A stretch of DNA of 64,000 nucleotides from assembly GCF_006345805.1 (NCBI RefSeq), contig NC_043009.1, positions 59,024,001-59,088,000 on the forward strand, read 5' to 3'. Position numbers and translations under genes: made by a program. Shown piece by piece: positions 40,525 to 53,390 of this stretch; position 1 is the first letter of the stretch; each line of letters begins with the position of its first letter. Below the pieces are notes generated by a model. The model saw only the letters and a list, made by a program, of their open reading frames with translations. It was not told the origin of the DNA and did no database searches. The stretch comes from Octopus sinensis (Eukaryota).

Positions 40525-40705
40525 TGGCAAGTGACCTACTACAATGGCTGCTAAAATACGGCCGTCCTCGAACAGGTCGACTGAATACAACGTATATAGA
40601 TCAACTGACCTGCGACACTAGATGCTTCCCTGAAGACCTCCTTCTAATGCAGGACCGAAATGTATGGCGTGTGAGTGTCAAAAATGTCCGAGCAAGCTCC
40701 ATCAG
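40525..40705 (+). pseudogene. 3' fragment of an RTE-X-like LINE
   Basis: TTYIDQLTCDTRCFPEDLLLMQDRNVWRVSVKNVRASS matches the GRP..TYIDQL..DT..EDL..M.DR..WR..V C-terminus. Confidence 0.65.
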
Positions 40706-41070
40706 ATGGAGCTGTTAATAAATTGGGTAAGCTATTTCCGCTCTTTTGTGTTCACCGACAAAATTGATATTAAAGTGAATCAGTCGAAGTTGGCAGCCAT
40801 TTTTATGAAGCATCAGTGGCTTGGAAATGGGTTAATTGCTTGTATAAACAACTGCCATTATTGCTCAAAATAGTTTACCCAAGCCTTTATATTGATGTGT
40901 AGTTGTGTTTCTTGAGGAACAGAGGACTTTGAAGATCAGAGGCTTTCTAGTCTTGACCATCCCTAGCTTTTCTTTTTTTTTAAAGGTTTTGTGTATTGAG
41001 GATTAAACTATTCTCACCGTCGTTCCCAATGTTATAATGGCAAGTGTAATTTAACAAGATGTCTGTTGGT

Positions 41071-41102
<32 letters not shown>

Positions 41103-41243
41103 TTGAATAATGGGTTCCTATAATTTGAAGAGCAGCTGACAAAATATTCTGTCGTATTTAGTTATTACTCCTCCCGTTCTGGCATGATCAAATTTATCAT
41201 AACTCTAGGGTCATTGTTCTTCCATCGAAATTGATAGCTTCTA

Positions 41244-42624
41244 TCAGGTCATTAAGATTGAAATGCCCGATTTTCTTATGCACCAAGTTTGATAGTCGTT
41301 AACTCTAATGGTTTATCCTGACAATTCTGACAATGTTTTTCAACATTGAAGAGTTACATCCTCACTTTACGAAATGCAATTAATAGTGTCTGATTATATT
41401 ATTAAGATGTGGCAAATGAGCGCGCTGTACTTCGATGATTTGAGAAGTTCCGGTCTAATGACTTATCCCTTGAGAATCCACCCCGTGGTAGACCTGAGAC
41501 CAAAGTGGATAATGATGAGCTGAAAACTGTAGCGGAAGCGGATACATTTCAAACTACGCGTGAGTTAGCAGCAAGGTTCGATGTTTCGATTCTAACGTCG
41601 GCAACGTAAAGAAGCTGGACAAATAGGTACCACACAAACTGAAGGAGCATTAGATGAAACGTTGTCTTGAAACATGCTGTTCTTTCCTGGCACGGCATAA
41701 AAGCGAACCTTTTTTGCATCGTATTGTTACTTGAGATGAAAAATGGATGCTTTTCAACAATAGCAAGTGGTGGTTGAATAGAGACGAAATGCTAAAACAC
41801 AATATAAAAAAAGAATAATCACCGAAAATACTAATGGTGTCTGTTTGATAGTCCAGCTCAGGTGTCATGAGACCAGTTTCATAAGATCTGGTAAGTCAAT
41901 TACAGCGGATATATACATCAATGAATTGAATGAAACGATGAGTGTTCATGCAATTAAACAACCGAGATTGATCAATAGAGACATGCCTGTTCTCTTGCAA
42001 GACAATGCTCAACCATATGTTGCACAAAGAACACTACCCAAGTTACAGGAACTGAACTTGGAAGTACTGTCCTTCACCATATTCACCAGACGTTGCACCA
42101 ACTGACTATCATGTTTTCCAGGTATTAGACAACTTTTTGCAAGGAAAAAACTTCATATCTGAAGGTGCAAAAACACCCTTTCATGATTTCATCGCCTCTT
42201 GCTTTCCAGTATTCTTCGCTGCCAAGGCGGCGAGCAGGCAGAAACGTTAGCGCGCCAGACGAAATGTTTAGCGGTATTTCGTCTGCCGTTGCGTTCTGAG
42301 CCCAAATTACGCCGAGGTCGACTTTGCCTTTCATCCTTTCGGGGTCGATAAATTAAGTACCAGTTACGCACTGGGGTCGATATAATCGACTTAATTACGT
42401 TTGTCTGTCCTTGTTTGTCCCCTCTGTGTGTATCTCCTTGTGGGCAGTAAAGGAATAAGAAATAAGAAATTCTTCGCTGCTGATATAATTAAACTACTGA
42501 TAAAAAGGCAAAATTGTGTTGAGATATAGGTGCATACTTTGATTGACGGCATTGCTTTTTGTTGAGCTAAGTAGTAAAATAAAGTTTCAGTTCAAAATCG
42601 GACATTTTATTCTTAATGATCTGA
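41244..42624 (+). mobile_element. Decayed full-length mariner transposon (transposase pseudogene)
   Basis: ~31-bp terminal inverted repeats (tcaggtcattaagattgaaatgcccgatttt / aaaatcggacattttattcttaatgatctga); TA flanks; motifs *VPHKL, RIVT*DEKW, LLQDNAQPY and YSPDVAPTDYHVF. Confidence 0.93.
42223..42468 (+). mobile_element. SINE family A inserted in the mariner, 12-bp target-site duplication
   Basis: TSD attcttcgctgc at 42211-42222 and 42469-42480. Confidence 0.93.
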
Positions 42625-43254
42625 TATAAATATATTTATTTGCATATTCTTTTACTTATGCATGCCTAAAAATTAAGCTCACCCTAAAAGTTAGTCAGCC
42701 GCATCTGAGCGAAAGGCGTGCAGAATCCCGAAACAATTCTACATGCACTCGTCAAATGCCTGCGCATTATTCACGTATGGATTTATACACAACAACTGCT
42801 CTTAAATACAAAACGGGTCCGTTATCATCTGAATCCTTTGTAAAGACCCTCAAGCGGCCTTATTTTGGCAGAGAGTGACAGTGATATTTTATATATCCGG
42901 TAGGTTTGGCGAAGGAATCGTAGTTGTCGAGATCCAATGGATGGAAGCCAGACAGTTTATTATTTGCTCAAACCCTCGTCAACTTCTTCAAGATTCACTT
43001 AAAAAGAAAAAAAAGAAGTGCGGGGGTAAGTGTTGCCTCCCAGAAAATACACTGAAAAGCTAATGAGAATTGTGAACATGGTCCAAGGGAGAGGATCGGC
43101 TCTGAGCATACGCCTGTAGATTAGGGGATCACAGATGAAAAAAGACACTTGCTATTATTGGGTAGAGTGAATGTGGCTTTTTGTAGTGTTTCGACGAGCA
43201 GTTCTCGGAAATCTCCTCACCCTTGCAGAATTTTCTCGTAGATTATATATTCCT

Positions 43255-43488
43255 ATACTCTTTTACTTGTTTCAGTCATTTCACTGTGGCCATGCTGGAG
43301 CACCGCCTTTAGGGGAGCAAATCGACCCCAGGACATATTCCCTAGTAAACCTAGTACTTATTCTATCGGTCTCTTTTGCCGAACCGCTAAGTTAAGGGGG
43401 CGTAAACACACCAGCATCGGTTATCAAGCGATGTTGGAGGGACACAGACACACAAGCATACACACATACACACACACATACACACACT

Positions 43489-43530
<42 letters not shown>

Positions 43531-43697
43531 CATATATACGACAGGCTTCTTTTAGTTTCCGTCTACTAAATCCACTCACAAGGCTTTAGTTGGCCCGAGG
43601 CTACAGTAGAAACTTGCCCAAGGTGTCACGCAGTGGGACTGAACCCGGAACCACGTGGTTTGTAAGAAAGCTACTTACCACACAGCCACTCCAACGC
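43255..43697 (-). mobile_element. SINE family C
   Basis: Full-length reverse-complement copy. Confidence 0.9.
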
Positions 43698-44099
43698 CTA
43701 TAATTTATTTTATTTTGTTTCGTTATTTTTCTTGTTCTCCCCGTTATTTTTGCAGTGTTATTCCACACTGTATCGCTGTGCAGTTCTCGATCATTTTGTC
43801 ACTCCCTGACAGATAAAAGTCTGACTGCCGTTCTCGAAGATTCCTAATTCTCATGCACTCAACAACAACACGTATACACACACACACACACATACTCACA
43901 AACCGATATGTATTTACGCATGTTTTTATACAAGTATACATACACATAAATACCAGTCTTTCCCCGAAACTCTTACCGTGGCCTGTGATTATCGGAGGCA
44001 GTAAATTGCAGGAACTTTTTAGTTTTTCTATTCGAGATATCGATGCAATCCCAGAATAGATATTTTACTATAATATTCTAGTTGCCAAATGCCCATAAT

Positions 44100-45380
44100 C
44101 CATTGTATTAATGGTTAATATAATGCTTCTGTGAAGGATTGTGTTGGTGTATTTCAAAAACAGTCATTATTTCTCTTGTTTCCCACTCATCTTGTTACTT
44201 CATTTTGCTTCCAATTGAGAATATCACAACTATAACATTGGCCTGGAACGGTTAGAATATTTATACGACTACATTAGCTTTTTGTATTGAGATCTGCTTT
44301 AAGTATTAACCGAATGCCGCCCTAATTTTTTTTTCCTGAAACACCGGTTTTCCACGTGTTATTTGTGCCTAATTTATTATTGATGTCTAAGTATTTGTAG
44401 TTAAGCTTTTGATTTAAATCTCTCATTTTCCTTATCTTCATCTCGAGTATTAGTGTTCCTAATTAATTTTCCTCTCTTCGAAGTTTCCTTCGCTCATTTT
44501 ATTTTGAAAAATTTGAATCTCGTATAATTACTTCAGCAAACCTGTTTACTGTCAGAAAAGGTGGTTATAGTTTGTCATTTACAGGAAGCTATGAAGAAAA
44601 CTGTTTATTCTCTTCCCATAACATTCGCATACTTTTCCAGGATAGCTTAATTTGTTGGTTAAAGGTGTTAATGCAGCGCATAAAAGGATTGTATTCAAGG
44701 AGTCTCCTCGGTATATTCCTGTTCTGATTGGAATAATATCAGTTTTCATAATTCCCTCATTTGTTTGTTTCTTGAGAATTGCTTGCTACATATTCATCAC
44801 AACTTGTTTAATGCACCGGCTTATTATTGGCGCTACATTGCGCATAACTAATATTTCCAAAATCCGTGGGTGGTAAATACTTGTAAATCTCTTGCCAGTC
44901 GATCGATGCTTCCTTTCTTCTCCTACAGGTTTCCTTTATGGCTTTGTTGAGCGGTAATCGATCTTTACAGCCATATGAGCCTTCGCAGCTTCCATTCTGC
45001 TTTCCTGAAAATTAGGTTTCTTTTTCGTCAGTAAGTATTTATCTTCTGCAATATTATTGCGTTTTTATTACAAGCTGTAGGCGAGAAGGTTATGGGTCAG
45101 TAGATTTTGCGGTTAACTGTTTGGCATGGTTTTGGGAATTAAGAACGTTTTCTTTCAGTGAAGCATTGAGCTGTTCTGTTCGTCTTTTGAAGTATCTTAT
45201 TAACTCTATTTTACCTGGCCGTTAGAGATTTCGATTTAGGATTTTATTATTTCTGCTTCCTTCGATTTGATCATTGTTTTGTAACGTCTGGGCTTCATTT
45301 CGACTCGACACAATGCACCACGATTGTTCAAGTGCTGCGTCTGTTGTTTTGACCAATAAGATCCAAGGTCATTCCGAGGT
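44100..45380 (-). pseudogene. Decayed reverse transcriptase region of an R4/Dong-clade non-LTR retrotransposon
   Basis: KTFLIPK, IDY, MKTDIIPIRTGIYRGDSLNTILLCAALTPL, YKYLDI and DLNTK...INILTVP...YS..ILNW motifs in order, with stops and frameshifts. Confidence 0.8.
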
Positions 45381-45787
45381 ATAAGACCCAGGAGTGAATG
45401 ATGGTCGAAGTAGTAGCAGCTATTTATATATATGTGGGCTGGATTCTCTCATTGTTTTCTTATTTGTGCTTTCAATATATCTATTTATAATTCTATACAC
45501 ATACACACATTGCGTACACGCGCGTGCACGAAGACACCCACACGCATTCATGTTTATTGTATATATATTCACCGTACCAATCATTTAATGTCTATATATT
45601 GTATAATCACTTTGATCCCGCCCCCGTATATGCATAACTCTATTCGCGTTTCCCACCCCACCCCAACCCGTACACTTTATGGACCCCTTTTTGTAACTTA
45701 CCCCATATATGTGTTATTATGCCTACGTGGAAAATTAATGGAACAACAATAACAAGAGGAGGAACAACAACAACGACGACATCGGAA

Positions 45788-46035
45788 ATGATGATGATGG
45801 TGTTGATGGGGATGGTGGTGGTGCTGGTGATAGTGGTGATGGTGGTGATGATGATGGTGATGATGGGGATGATGGTGATGATGATGATGGTGATAATGAT
45901 GATGATGGTGATGGTGATGGTGGTGATGATGATGGTGATGATGGGGATGATGGTGTTGATGATGATGATGGTGATAATGATGATGATGGTGATGGTGGAT
46001 GGTGGTGATGATGATGGTGATGATGGGGATGATGG

Positions 46036-46067
<32 letters not shown>

Positions 46068-46158
46068 GTGATGGTGATGGTGGTGATGATGATGATGGTG
46101 ATGGTGATGATGGTGATGGTGATGGTGATGATGGTGATGGTGACGATGATGGTGATGG

Positions 46159-46190
<32 letters not shown>

Positions 46191-46287
46191 GTGATGGTGA
46201 TGGTGGTGATGATGATGATGGTGATGGTGATGGTGATGATGGTGATGGTGATGGTGATGATGGTGATGGTGACGATGATGGTGATGG

Positions 46288-46319
<32 letters not shown>

Positions 46320-46340
46320 GTGATGGTGATGGTGATGGTG

Positions 46341-46372
<32 letters not shown>

Positions 46373-46395
46373 GATGATGATGGTGATGTTGATGG

Positions 46396-46445
<50 letters not shown>

Positions 46446-46606
46446 GTGTTGATGATGATGATGATGATGATGATGGTGATAATGATGATGGTGATGATGG
46501 TGATGGTGATTGTGATGGTGGTGATGATGATGGTGATGGTGATGATGGTGATGGTGACGATGATGGTGATGGTGGTGATGATGATGATGATAATGGTGAT
46601 GGTGAC

Positions 46607-46646
<40 letters not shown>

Positions 46647-46657
46647 GTGATGATGAA

Positions 46658-46695
<38 letters not shown>
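45788..46695. repeat. ~900-bp (GAT/GGT)n microsatellite with higher-order units
   Basis: Directly visible; source of the 356-, 322- and 246-aa low-complexity ORFs. Confidence 0.96.
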
Positions 46696-46701
<6 letters not shown>

Positions 46702-47112
46702 AATATCAGGCTCTGGCTCTCGTGGCTTCCGATCTTTAGAGATTTTAAGTGTTGTTATGCACTTGTTTTTTCTTGGTGTAAAAGATTAAGTACGGCAAAT
46801 ATTCGGCTCGAAAGCATAGATTTCCTTGTCGCTTGCTTTGTTTCACCTTAATCAGTTGGGCATGGCCCTTAGTGGCTGATGAGGTGCGCATCTCTTTTTC
46901 AGGAGCACACGTAGTGGGTTGGGGATCATAGCCATGTGTAGAGAGGAATTCTTTGGGGTTTGAATAAATCATGTCTGGAAACATGGGTGTTTCGTTAAAC
47001 ATCGTCCTTAAACAACCCTGATTCAGGGATATTTTGAACGGAATGCGCTACTCAACCTGAAGAAAATTGTAACTGGGCCCAACATGTAAGGTCTCTTCAA
47101 ATCTCGAGAATG

Positions 47113-47272
47113 GTTTACAGGATACGGGCTACGAACCCCAAGATTCCGAGTTCGATTCCAAGCAGTGACCTGAATAACGACAACAACAACAACAACAACA
47201 ACAACAATAATAATAATAATAATGATAACATCAAAAAACATCTTAAGAATGAGAACCAAGGTTTGAACCTCG
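47113..47272 (+). mobile_element. tRNA-like head + (AAC/AAT)n + truncated tail repeat (family of 55262)
   Basis: ccaagattccgagttcgattccaagcagtgacctgaat and aacatc...aatgagaacc..ggtt are shared with 55262-55925. Confidence 0.6.
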
Positions 47273-47418
47273 CCATCTAGCGGTTCGACAAAAGAGACTG
47301 ATAGAGTGCGTACTAGGCTTACAAAGAATAAGTCCTGTGGTCGACTTGCTCGACTAAAGACGGTGCTCCAGCATGAACTGAAACAAGTAGAAGAAAAAAT
47401 AATAAAATAATATATATA

Positions 47419-47470
<52 letters not shown>

Positions 47471-47643
47471 TACATATTTCGTTCTCATCCATATATATAT
47501 ATAACAATCAAATCTTCGGCGTCTCATTCGGGAATGTATCCATTCCATCTCAAAAACTTTTCTCTTATGATAATATCGTACATGACTTGAGATGTTTGTC
47601 TTTCCTTAACGTTTATTGTCCTCTTTAACAATTATATATATAT

Positions 47644-47716
<73 letters not shown>

Positions 47717-47917
47717 TATATACATACGTACATGCATATATATATGTGTATATGTGTATATATACAGACACAGACATAAATAAATACATTTGTAAGTATA
47801 TATACCTATATGAATATATCTATGTGCGTATAGATATCTGAATCTATACACATAGATTTTCACAGCGCACTCACAAACAGAAACTCGGGCACACGCACAC
47901 AAACACATATCCATGCG

Positions 47918-47962
<45 letters not shown>

Positions 47963-48650
47963 GTATAATTACGTATATCTACACACACACATACATGCCG
48001 CGAAAGAAACACCTGCTCATCTTGCATCTCTGAGAATATAATATTTATAGGAGTATAAAGCCGGATGAACATCTGTGTGAGACTGGGCGTATGTGTTGAT
48101 TAAATAAAAGGACAGTAATAAGTTTCGTGTGAAAAACATTACACCAAATTATCCCATTTACTTTCGCTCACTTTTACTCTAAATTTCTCCTTCCAGTTTT
48201 AATCATACAGCTACTCGTACAGAGAAGCACACGCGTATGGAAACACATACGTACAGACACTAACAGAAGCACATGTGCCTATTCTTATGCATAAATAGGC
48301 GACCATTCGTATACGCATGTATATGCCAATCTCACGATGCTTCTTTGCAGCTCCAGAGCAAGTTGGATATATTTTAATGTCACCTACTATGGCTTGCTCC
48401 ATTTTCTCCTTTCGTTCTCATCCGTAATCATTGTCTTACTCTCGTCTTCTGTGTATATAAAGATATATGAATCTTTGTATGCACTTATACATGTACTTAT
48501 GTATATATGTATGTATGGATGGATGAATGGATGGATGTATGTGTCTATGTATATATGTATGTATGTATGCATGCATGTACATTTATGTTTGTATGTGTGT
48601 ATGCATGCATGTACGTATCTTTATCTATGTATTTACTTATCTCTATCTCT

Positions 48651-48690
48651 GTCTCTCTGTTAAAGAGCGTAGGCTCGAAACGTAAAAGAC
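48651..48690 (+). ncRNA. Decayed minimal hammerhead (core mutated to CUGUUAA) in a PLE-like repeat running to ~48790
   Basis: Stem II GAGC-GUAG-GCUC, GAAA-CG-UA and stem I GUCU/AGAC are retained. Confidence 0.5.
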
Positions 48691-48785
48691 TTGTTTTATT
48701 TATATCCCTGAGCGCCATACTAATACAATTGTTTGTTTATATTCCACCTGCCTTCGTCTTTTGTTTATTTTCATAAAGCTTCCCG

Positions 48786-48836
<51 letters not shown>

Positions 48837-48884
48837 GGAGAGAGAGAGAGAGACAGAGGCAGAGAGAAAGAAATACTTTTTGGC

Positions 48885-49275
48885 TCATTTACTTGTTTTA
48901 GTCATTTGACTGCGGTCAAACTGGAGCACCGTCTTTAGTCGAGCAAATCGACTCCAGGATCATTTTCTTTGTAAGATTAGTACTTATTCGATCGGTCTCT
49001 TTTGCCGAAGCGCTAAGTTACGGGGACATAAACACGCCAGCATCGGTTGTCAAGCGATGCTGGAGAGACACACAAACATATACACACACATACATATAAC
49101 ATACACACATACATACATATATACGACGGGCTTCATTCAGTTTCCGTCTACCAGATCCACTCACAAGGCTTTGGTTGGCCCGAGGCTATAGTAGAAGACA
49201 CTTGTCCAAGATGCCACACAGTGGGACTGAACCCGGAACAATGAAGTTGGTAAGCAAGCTACTTGCCACACACCC
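48885..49275 (-). mobile_element. SINE family C
   Basis: Reverse-complement copy. Confidence 0.88.
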
Positions 49276-49300
49276 ACTAATATATATATATATATTATAT

Positions 49301-49335
<35 letters not shown>

Positions 49336-50201
49336 GAAACAACAATTAGAATGACAGGCAAAACAGATGTGTCATTCGTGGATTTCTTCCTCAGTCAAGT
49401 ACCAGAAGTTAGGACCATTTCGAGCAGTTACACCTGGATGTGTGTGTGTGTATGTATATATATTCTATTGTCTCTTTTGATGTTCCTTTATATTAAAAAC
49501 AATTTTATATTAATCTGAGTGGTTACTCTATACTTTCTTGTAATACAAATTTTACTTTGTATCCTTAAAAATATAAAACTAATTAAATTTTGTAGCTTTT
49601 TACATAGATTACCACTTTATGCTCAGGTCCGTAGTAGGACGAAGCAATTTAAATATTTTTATACTGAACATGTGTTCAAATTCCACTGAGATCGCGTTTG
49701 CCTTTCGTCGTTTCAGAGTAAAAATATTTTTCATGTTTCGCCTAGTTAGACCAATTCGGGCTGTCACGATAGATCAGCTGGTCGAAACTTCGAAGTCACT
49801 ATCAACAATTTTCTTGTTTAATACATATTCTGTAGTTGAAGAATAGATGTGAACATGACATTCTAGCGATCTGAAGAGCAAGCCTTCTACAGCTGTATTA
49901 GCTAGTAAAATAGAATTATATAATTCATAACATGTACGCTAGCGCAGACATAAAATAATTTCGATATGGCTGCGAAACGATCACAATTCTATGGATATCA
50001 ACGGGTGAAATAAATATATTCATCGCATTCCTCCAGAATTAATTTATATTCTATATACTCCTAATGAAATAATTATTACTAATTAGATTAACTGGACTAT
50101 ACTACACCTTTATTTATTGGTTTATTATGTGGTTTCTTGCTTGGTCCAATCAGGGGACTATCTTATGAGTACAACAGGACTAGATAATCCATACATTTTA
50201 C

Positions 50202-50247
<46 letters not shown>

Positions 50248-50305
50248 CTATATATTATAATATATATATATGTATGTATATATATATAGACATACATATA
50301 TAAGT

Positions 50306-50353
<48 letters not shown>

Positions 50354-50360
50354 ATATATA

Positions 50361-50552
50361 TATAATTAATTATAAGGGTGAGAGAATTAGATACTAATTT
50401 AATAGTATATCCAATCAACACCAAGTGGCCTAGTGCTCCGAGAAACCTGGATTATTACAATATTTTATAATATATATAATATTTTTACAAAATAAATATA
50501 AGAGAGTGGTCACTATATGGCTCACTCTAGCACCAGTTAATCCAAAAGGTTT
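50361..50552 (-). repeat. Inverted ~190-bp copy of part of the array unit
   Basis: Reverse complement of 50646-50836. Confidence 0.93.
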
Positions 50553-51004
50553 ATATAATCTGTATTTTGTTATTTTTTATTTGCCCGTCCGTGTGAGCTA
50601 ACAATCGTACTGACTTTCATGGGAAACATGTATTTTTAGTGGTTGAAACCTTTTGGATTAACTGGTGCTAGAGTGAGCCATATAGTGACCACTCTCTTAT
50701 ATTTATTTTGTAAAAATATTATAATATATTATAAAATATTGTAATAATCCAGGTTTCTCGGAGCACTAGGCCACTTGGTGTTGAATGGATACTATTAAAT
50801 TATATCTAATTCTCTCACCCTTATTAATTAATTATAATTATGCTGCATTTATTTCTAAATGCTGTATTTGTTTTCCGTGAGAGTTTGGCGCGCTGTTAGT
50901 TGGGGCATTTGAATTATAACGTCGGATGTAATCAATTGAACCACACGCGTATTTATCGTTATGGTAAAATCTGGCGTGTGATTGAGTGGATTTCATCCAG
51001 ATAG

Positions 51005-51086
51005 TTTTGGCCGATGAGCTACAAGTGGATTTTTTTGTAAGTAAAATTACATTTAATTCATTAATAGCGAAACAATTGTCCCAAAA
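51005..51086 (+). ncRNA. Type I hammerhead, array copy 1
   Basis: UUUUGG-CCGAUGA-GCUA...UAGC-GAAA-CAAUUG-UC-CCAAAA; palindrome ACAAUUGU; GUC 51078-51080. Confidence 0.82.
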
Positions 51087-51535
51087 TAATCTGTATTTTG
51101 TTATTTTTTATTTGCTCTGTCCGTGTGAGCTAACAATCGTACTGACTTTCATGGGAAACATGTATTTTTAGTGGTTGAAACCTTTTGGATTAACTGGTGC
51201 TAGAGTGAGCCATATAGTGACCACTTCTTATATTTATTTTGTAAAAATATTATAATATATTATAAAATATTGTAATAATCCAGGTTCTCGGAGCACTAGG
51301 CACTTGGTGTTGAATGGATATACTATTAAATTAGTATCTAATTCTCTCACCCTTATTAATAATTATAATTATGCTGCATTTATTTCTAAATGCTGTATTT
51401 GTTTTCCGTGAGAGTTTGGCGCGCTGTTAGTTGGGGCATTTGAATTATAACGTCGGATGTAATCAATTGAACCACACGCGTATTTATCGTTATGGTAAAA
51501 TCTGGCGTGTGATTGAGTGGATTTCATCCAGATAG

Positions 51536-51616
51536 TTTTGCCGATGAGCTACAAGTGGATTTTTTTGTAAGTAAAATTACATTTAATTCATTAATAGCGA
51601 AACAATTGTCCCAAAA
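51536..51616 (+). ncRNA. Type I hammerhead, array copy 2
   Basis: As copy 1 but one G is missing in stem I (possibly a sequencing indel). Confidence 0.75.
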
Positions 51617-52071
51617 TAATCTGTATTTTGTTATTTTTTATTTGCCCTGTCCGTGTGAGCTAACAATCGTACTGACTTTCATGGGAAACATGTATTTTTA
51701 GTGGGTGTTGAAACCTTTTGGATTAACTGGTGCTAGAGTGAGCCATATAGTGACCACTCTCTATATTTATTTTGTAAAAATATTATAATATATTATAAAA
51801 TATTGTAATAATCCAGGTTTCTCGGAGCACTAGGCCACTTGGTGTTGAATGGATATACTATTAAATTAGTATCTAATTCTCTCACCCTTATTAATAATAT
51901 AATTATGCTGCATTTATTTCTAAATGCTGTGTATTTGTTTTCCGTGAGAGTTTGGCGCGCTGTTAGTTGGGGCATTTGAATTATAACGTCGGATGTAATC
52001 AATTGAACCACACGCGTATTTATCGTTATGGTAAAATCTGGCGTGTGATTGAGTGGATTTCATCCAGATAG

Positions 52072-52153
52072 TTTTGGCCGATGAGCTACAAGTGGATTTT
52101 TTTGTAAGTTAAAATACATTTAATTCATTAATAGCGAAACAATTGTCCCAAAA
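52072..52153 (+). ncRNA. Type I hammerhead, array copy 3
   Basis: CCGAUGA 52078; GAAA 52136; GUC 52145-52147. Confidence 0.82.
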
Positions 52154-52594
52154 TAATCTGTATTTTGTTATTTTTTTGCTCTGTCCGTGTGAGCTAACAA
52201 TCGTACTGACTTTCATGGGAAACATGTATTTTTAGTGGTTGAAACCTTTTGGATTAACTGGTGCTAGAGTGAGCCATATAGGACCACTCTCTTATATTTT
52301 TTTGTAAAAATATATAATATATTATAAAATATTGTAATAATCCAGGTTTCTCGGAGCACTAGGCCACTTGGTGTTGAATGGATATACTATTAAAATAGTA
52401 TTAATTCTCTCACCCTTATTAATTAATTATAATATGCTGCATTTATTTCTAATGCTGTATGTTTTCCGTGAGAGTTTGGCGCGCTGTTAGTTGGGGCATT
52501 TGAAATATAACGTCGGATGTAATCAATTAACCACACGCGTATTTATCGTTATGGTAAAATCTGGCGTGTGATTGAGTGGATTTCATCCAGATAG

Positions 52595-52676
52595 TTTTGG
52601 CCGATGAGCTACAAGTGGATTTTTTTGTAAGTAAAATTACATTTAATTCATTAATAGCGAAACAATTGTCCCAAAA
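52595..52676 (+). ncRNA. Type I hammerhead, array copy 4
   Basis: CCGAUGA 52601; GAAA 52659; GUC 52668-52670. Confidence 0.82.
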
Positions 52677-53125
52677 TAATCTGTATTTTGTTATTTTTTA
52701 TTTGCCCTGTCCGTGTGAGCTAACAATCGTACTGCTTTCATGGGAAACATGTATTTTTAGTGGTTGAAACCTTTTGGATTAACTGGTGCTAGAGTGAGCC
52801 ATATAGTGACCACTCTTATATTTATTTTGTAAAAATATTATAATATATTATAAAATATTGTAATAATCCAGGTTTCTCGGAGCACTAGGCCACTTGGTGT
52901 TGAATGGATATACTATTAAATTAGTATCTAATTCTCTCACCTTATTAATTAATTATAATTATGCTGCATTTATTTCTAAATGCTGTATTTGTTTTCCGTG
53001 AGAGTTTGGCGCGCTGTTAGTTGGGGCATTGAATTATAACGTCGGATGTAATCAATTGAACCACACGGCGTATTTATCGTTATGGTAAAATCTGGCGTGT
53101 GATTGAGTGGATTTCATCCAGATAG

Positions 53126-53205
53126 TTTTGGCCGATGAGCTACAAGTGGATTTTTTTGTAAGTAAAATTACATTTATTCATTATAGCGAAACAATTGTCC
53201 CAAAA
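53126..53205 (+). ncRNA. Type I hammerhead, array copy 5
   Basis: CCGAUGA 53132; GAAA 53188; GUC 53197-53199. Confidence 0.82.
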
Positions 53206-53352
53206 TAATCTGTATTTTGTTATTTTTTATTTGCCCTGTCCGTGTGAGCTAACAATCGTACTGACTTTCATGGGAAACATGTATTTTTAGTGTGAAACCT
53301 TTTGGATTAACTGGTGCTAGAGTGAGCCATATAGTGACCACTCTCTTATATT

Positions 53353-53390
<38 letters not shown>

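Larger units (their letters stand above)
50555..53359 (+). repeat. Tandem array of ~5.3 units of ~530 bp, one hammerhead per unit (retrozyme-like or PLE terminal-repeat array)
   Basis: CCGATGA at 51011, 51541, 52078, 52601 and 53132 (spacing 530, 537, 523, 531); (TA)n on both outer flanks. Confidence 0.95.

Noticed and set aside
45719-46789. 356-, 322- and 246-aa ORFs (poly-Asp/Gly, poly-His, poly-Met)
   Set aside because: They are translations of a (GAT/GGT)n microsatellite with no domain or splice context. The same applies to the ORFs at 8.4-10.3 kb and 62-63.5 kb.
46876-46995. CTGATGA at 46876 with a downstream GAAAC as a hammerhead
   Set aside because: No stem I or stem II complementarity could be built.
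49748-49806. GAAA-CTTCGAAG-TC palindrome with gacca/tggtc stem
   Set aside because: It looks like the 3' half of a hammerhead, but the CUGAUGA box (CTAGTTA) and the stem I partner are missing. At best a relic.
50555-53359. CRISPR array or protein-coding repeat interpretation of the tandem array
   Set aside because: Units are ~530 bp and near-identical with no unique spacers. The 61-63-aa ORFs are short, vary by indels and use non-ATG starts.
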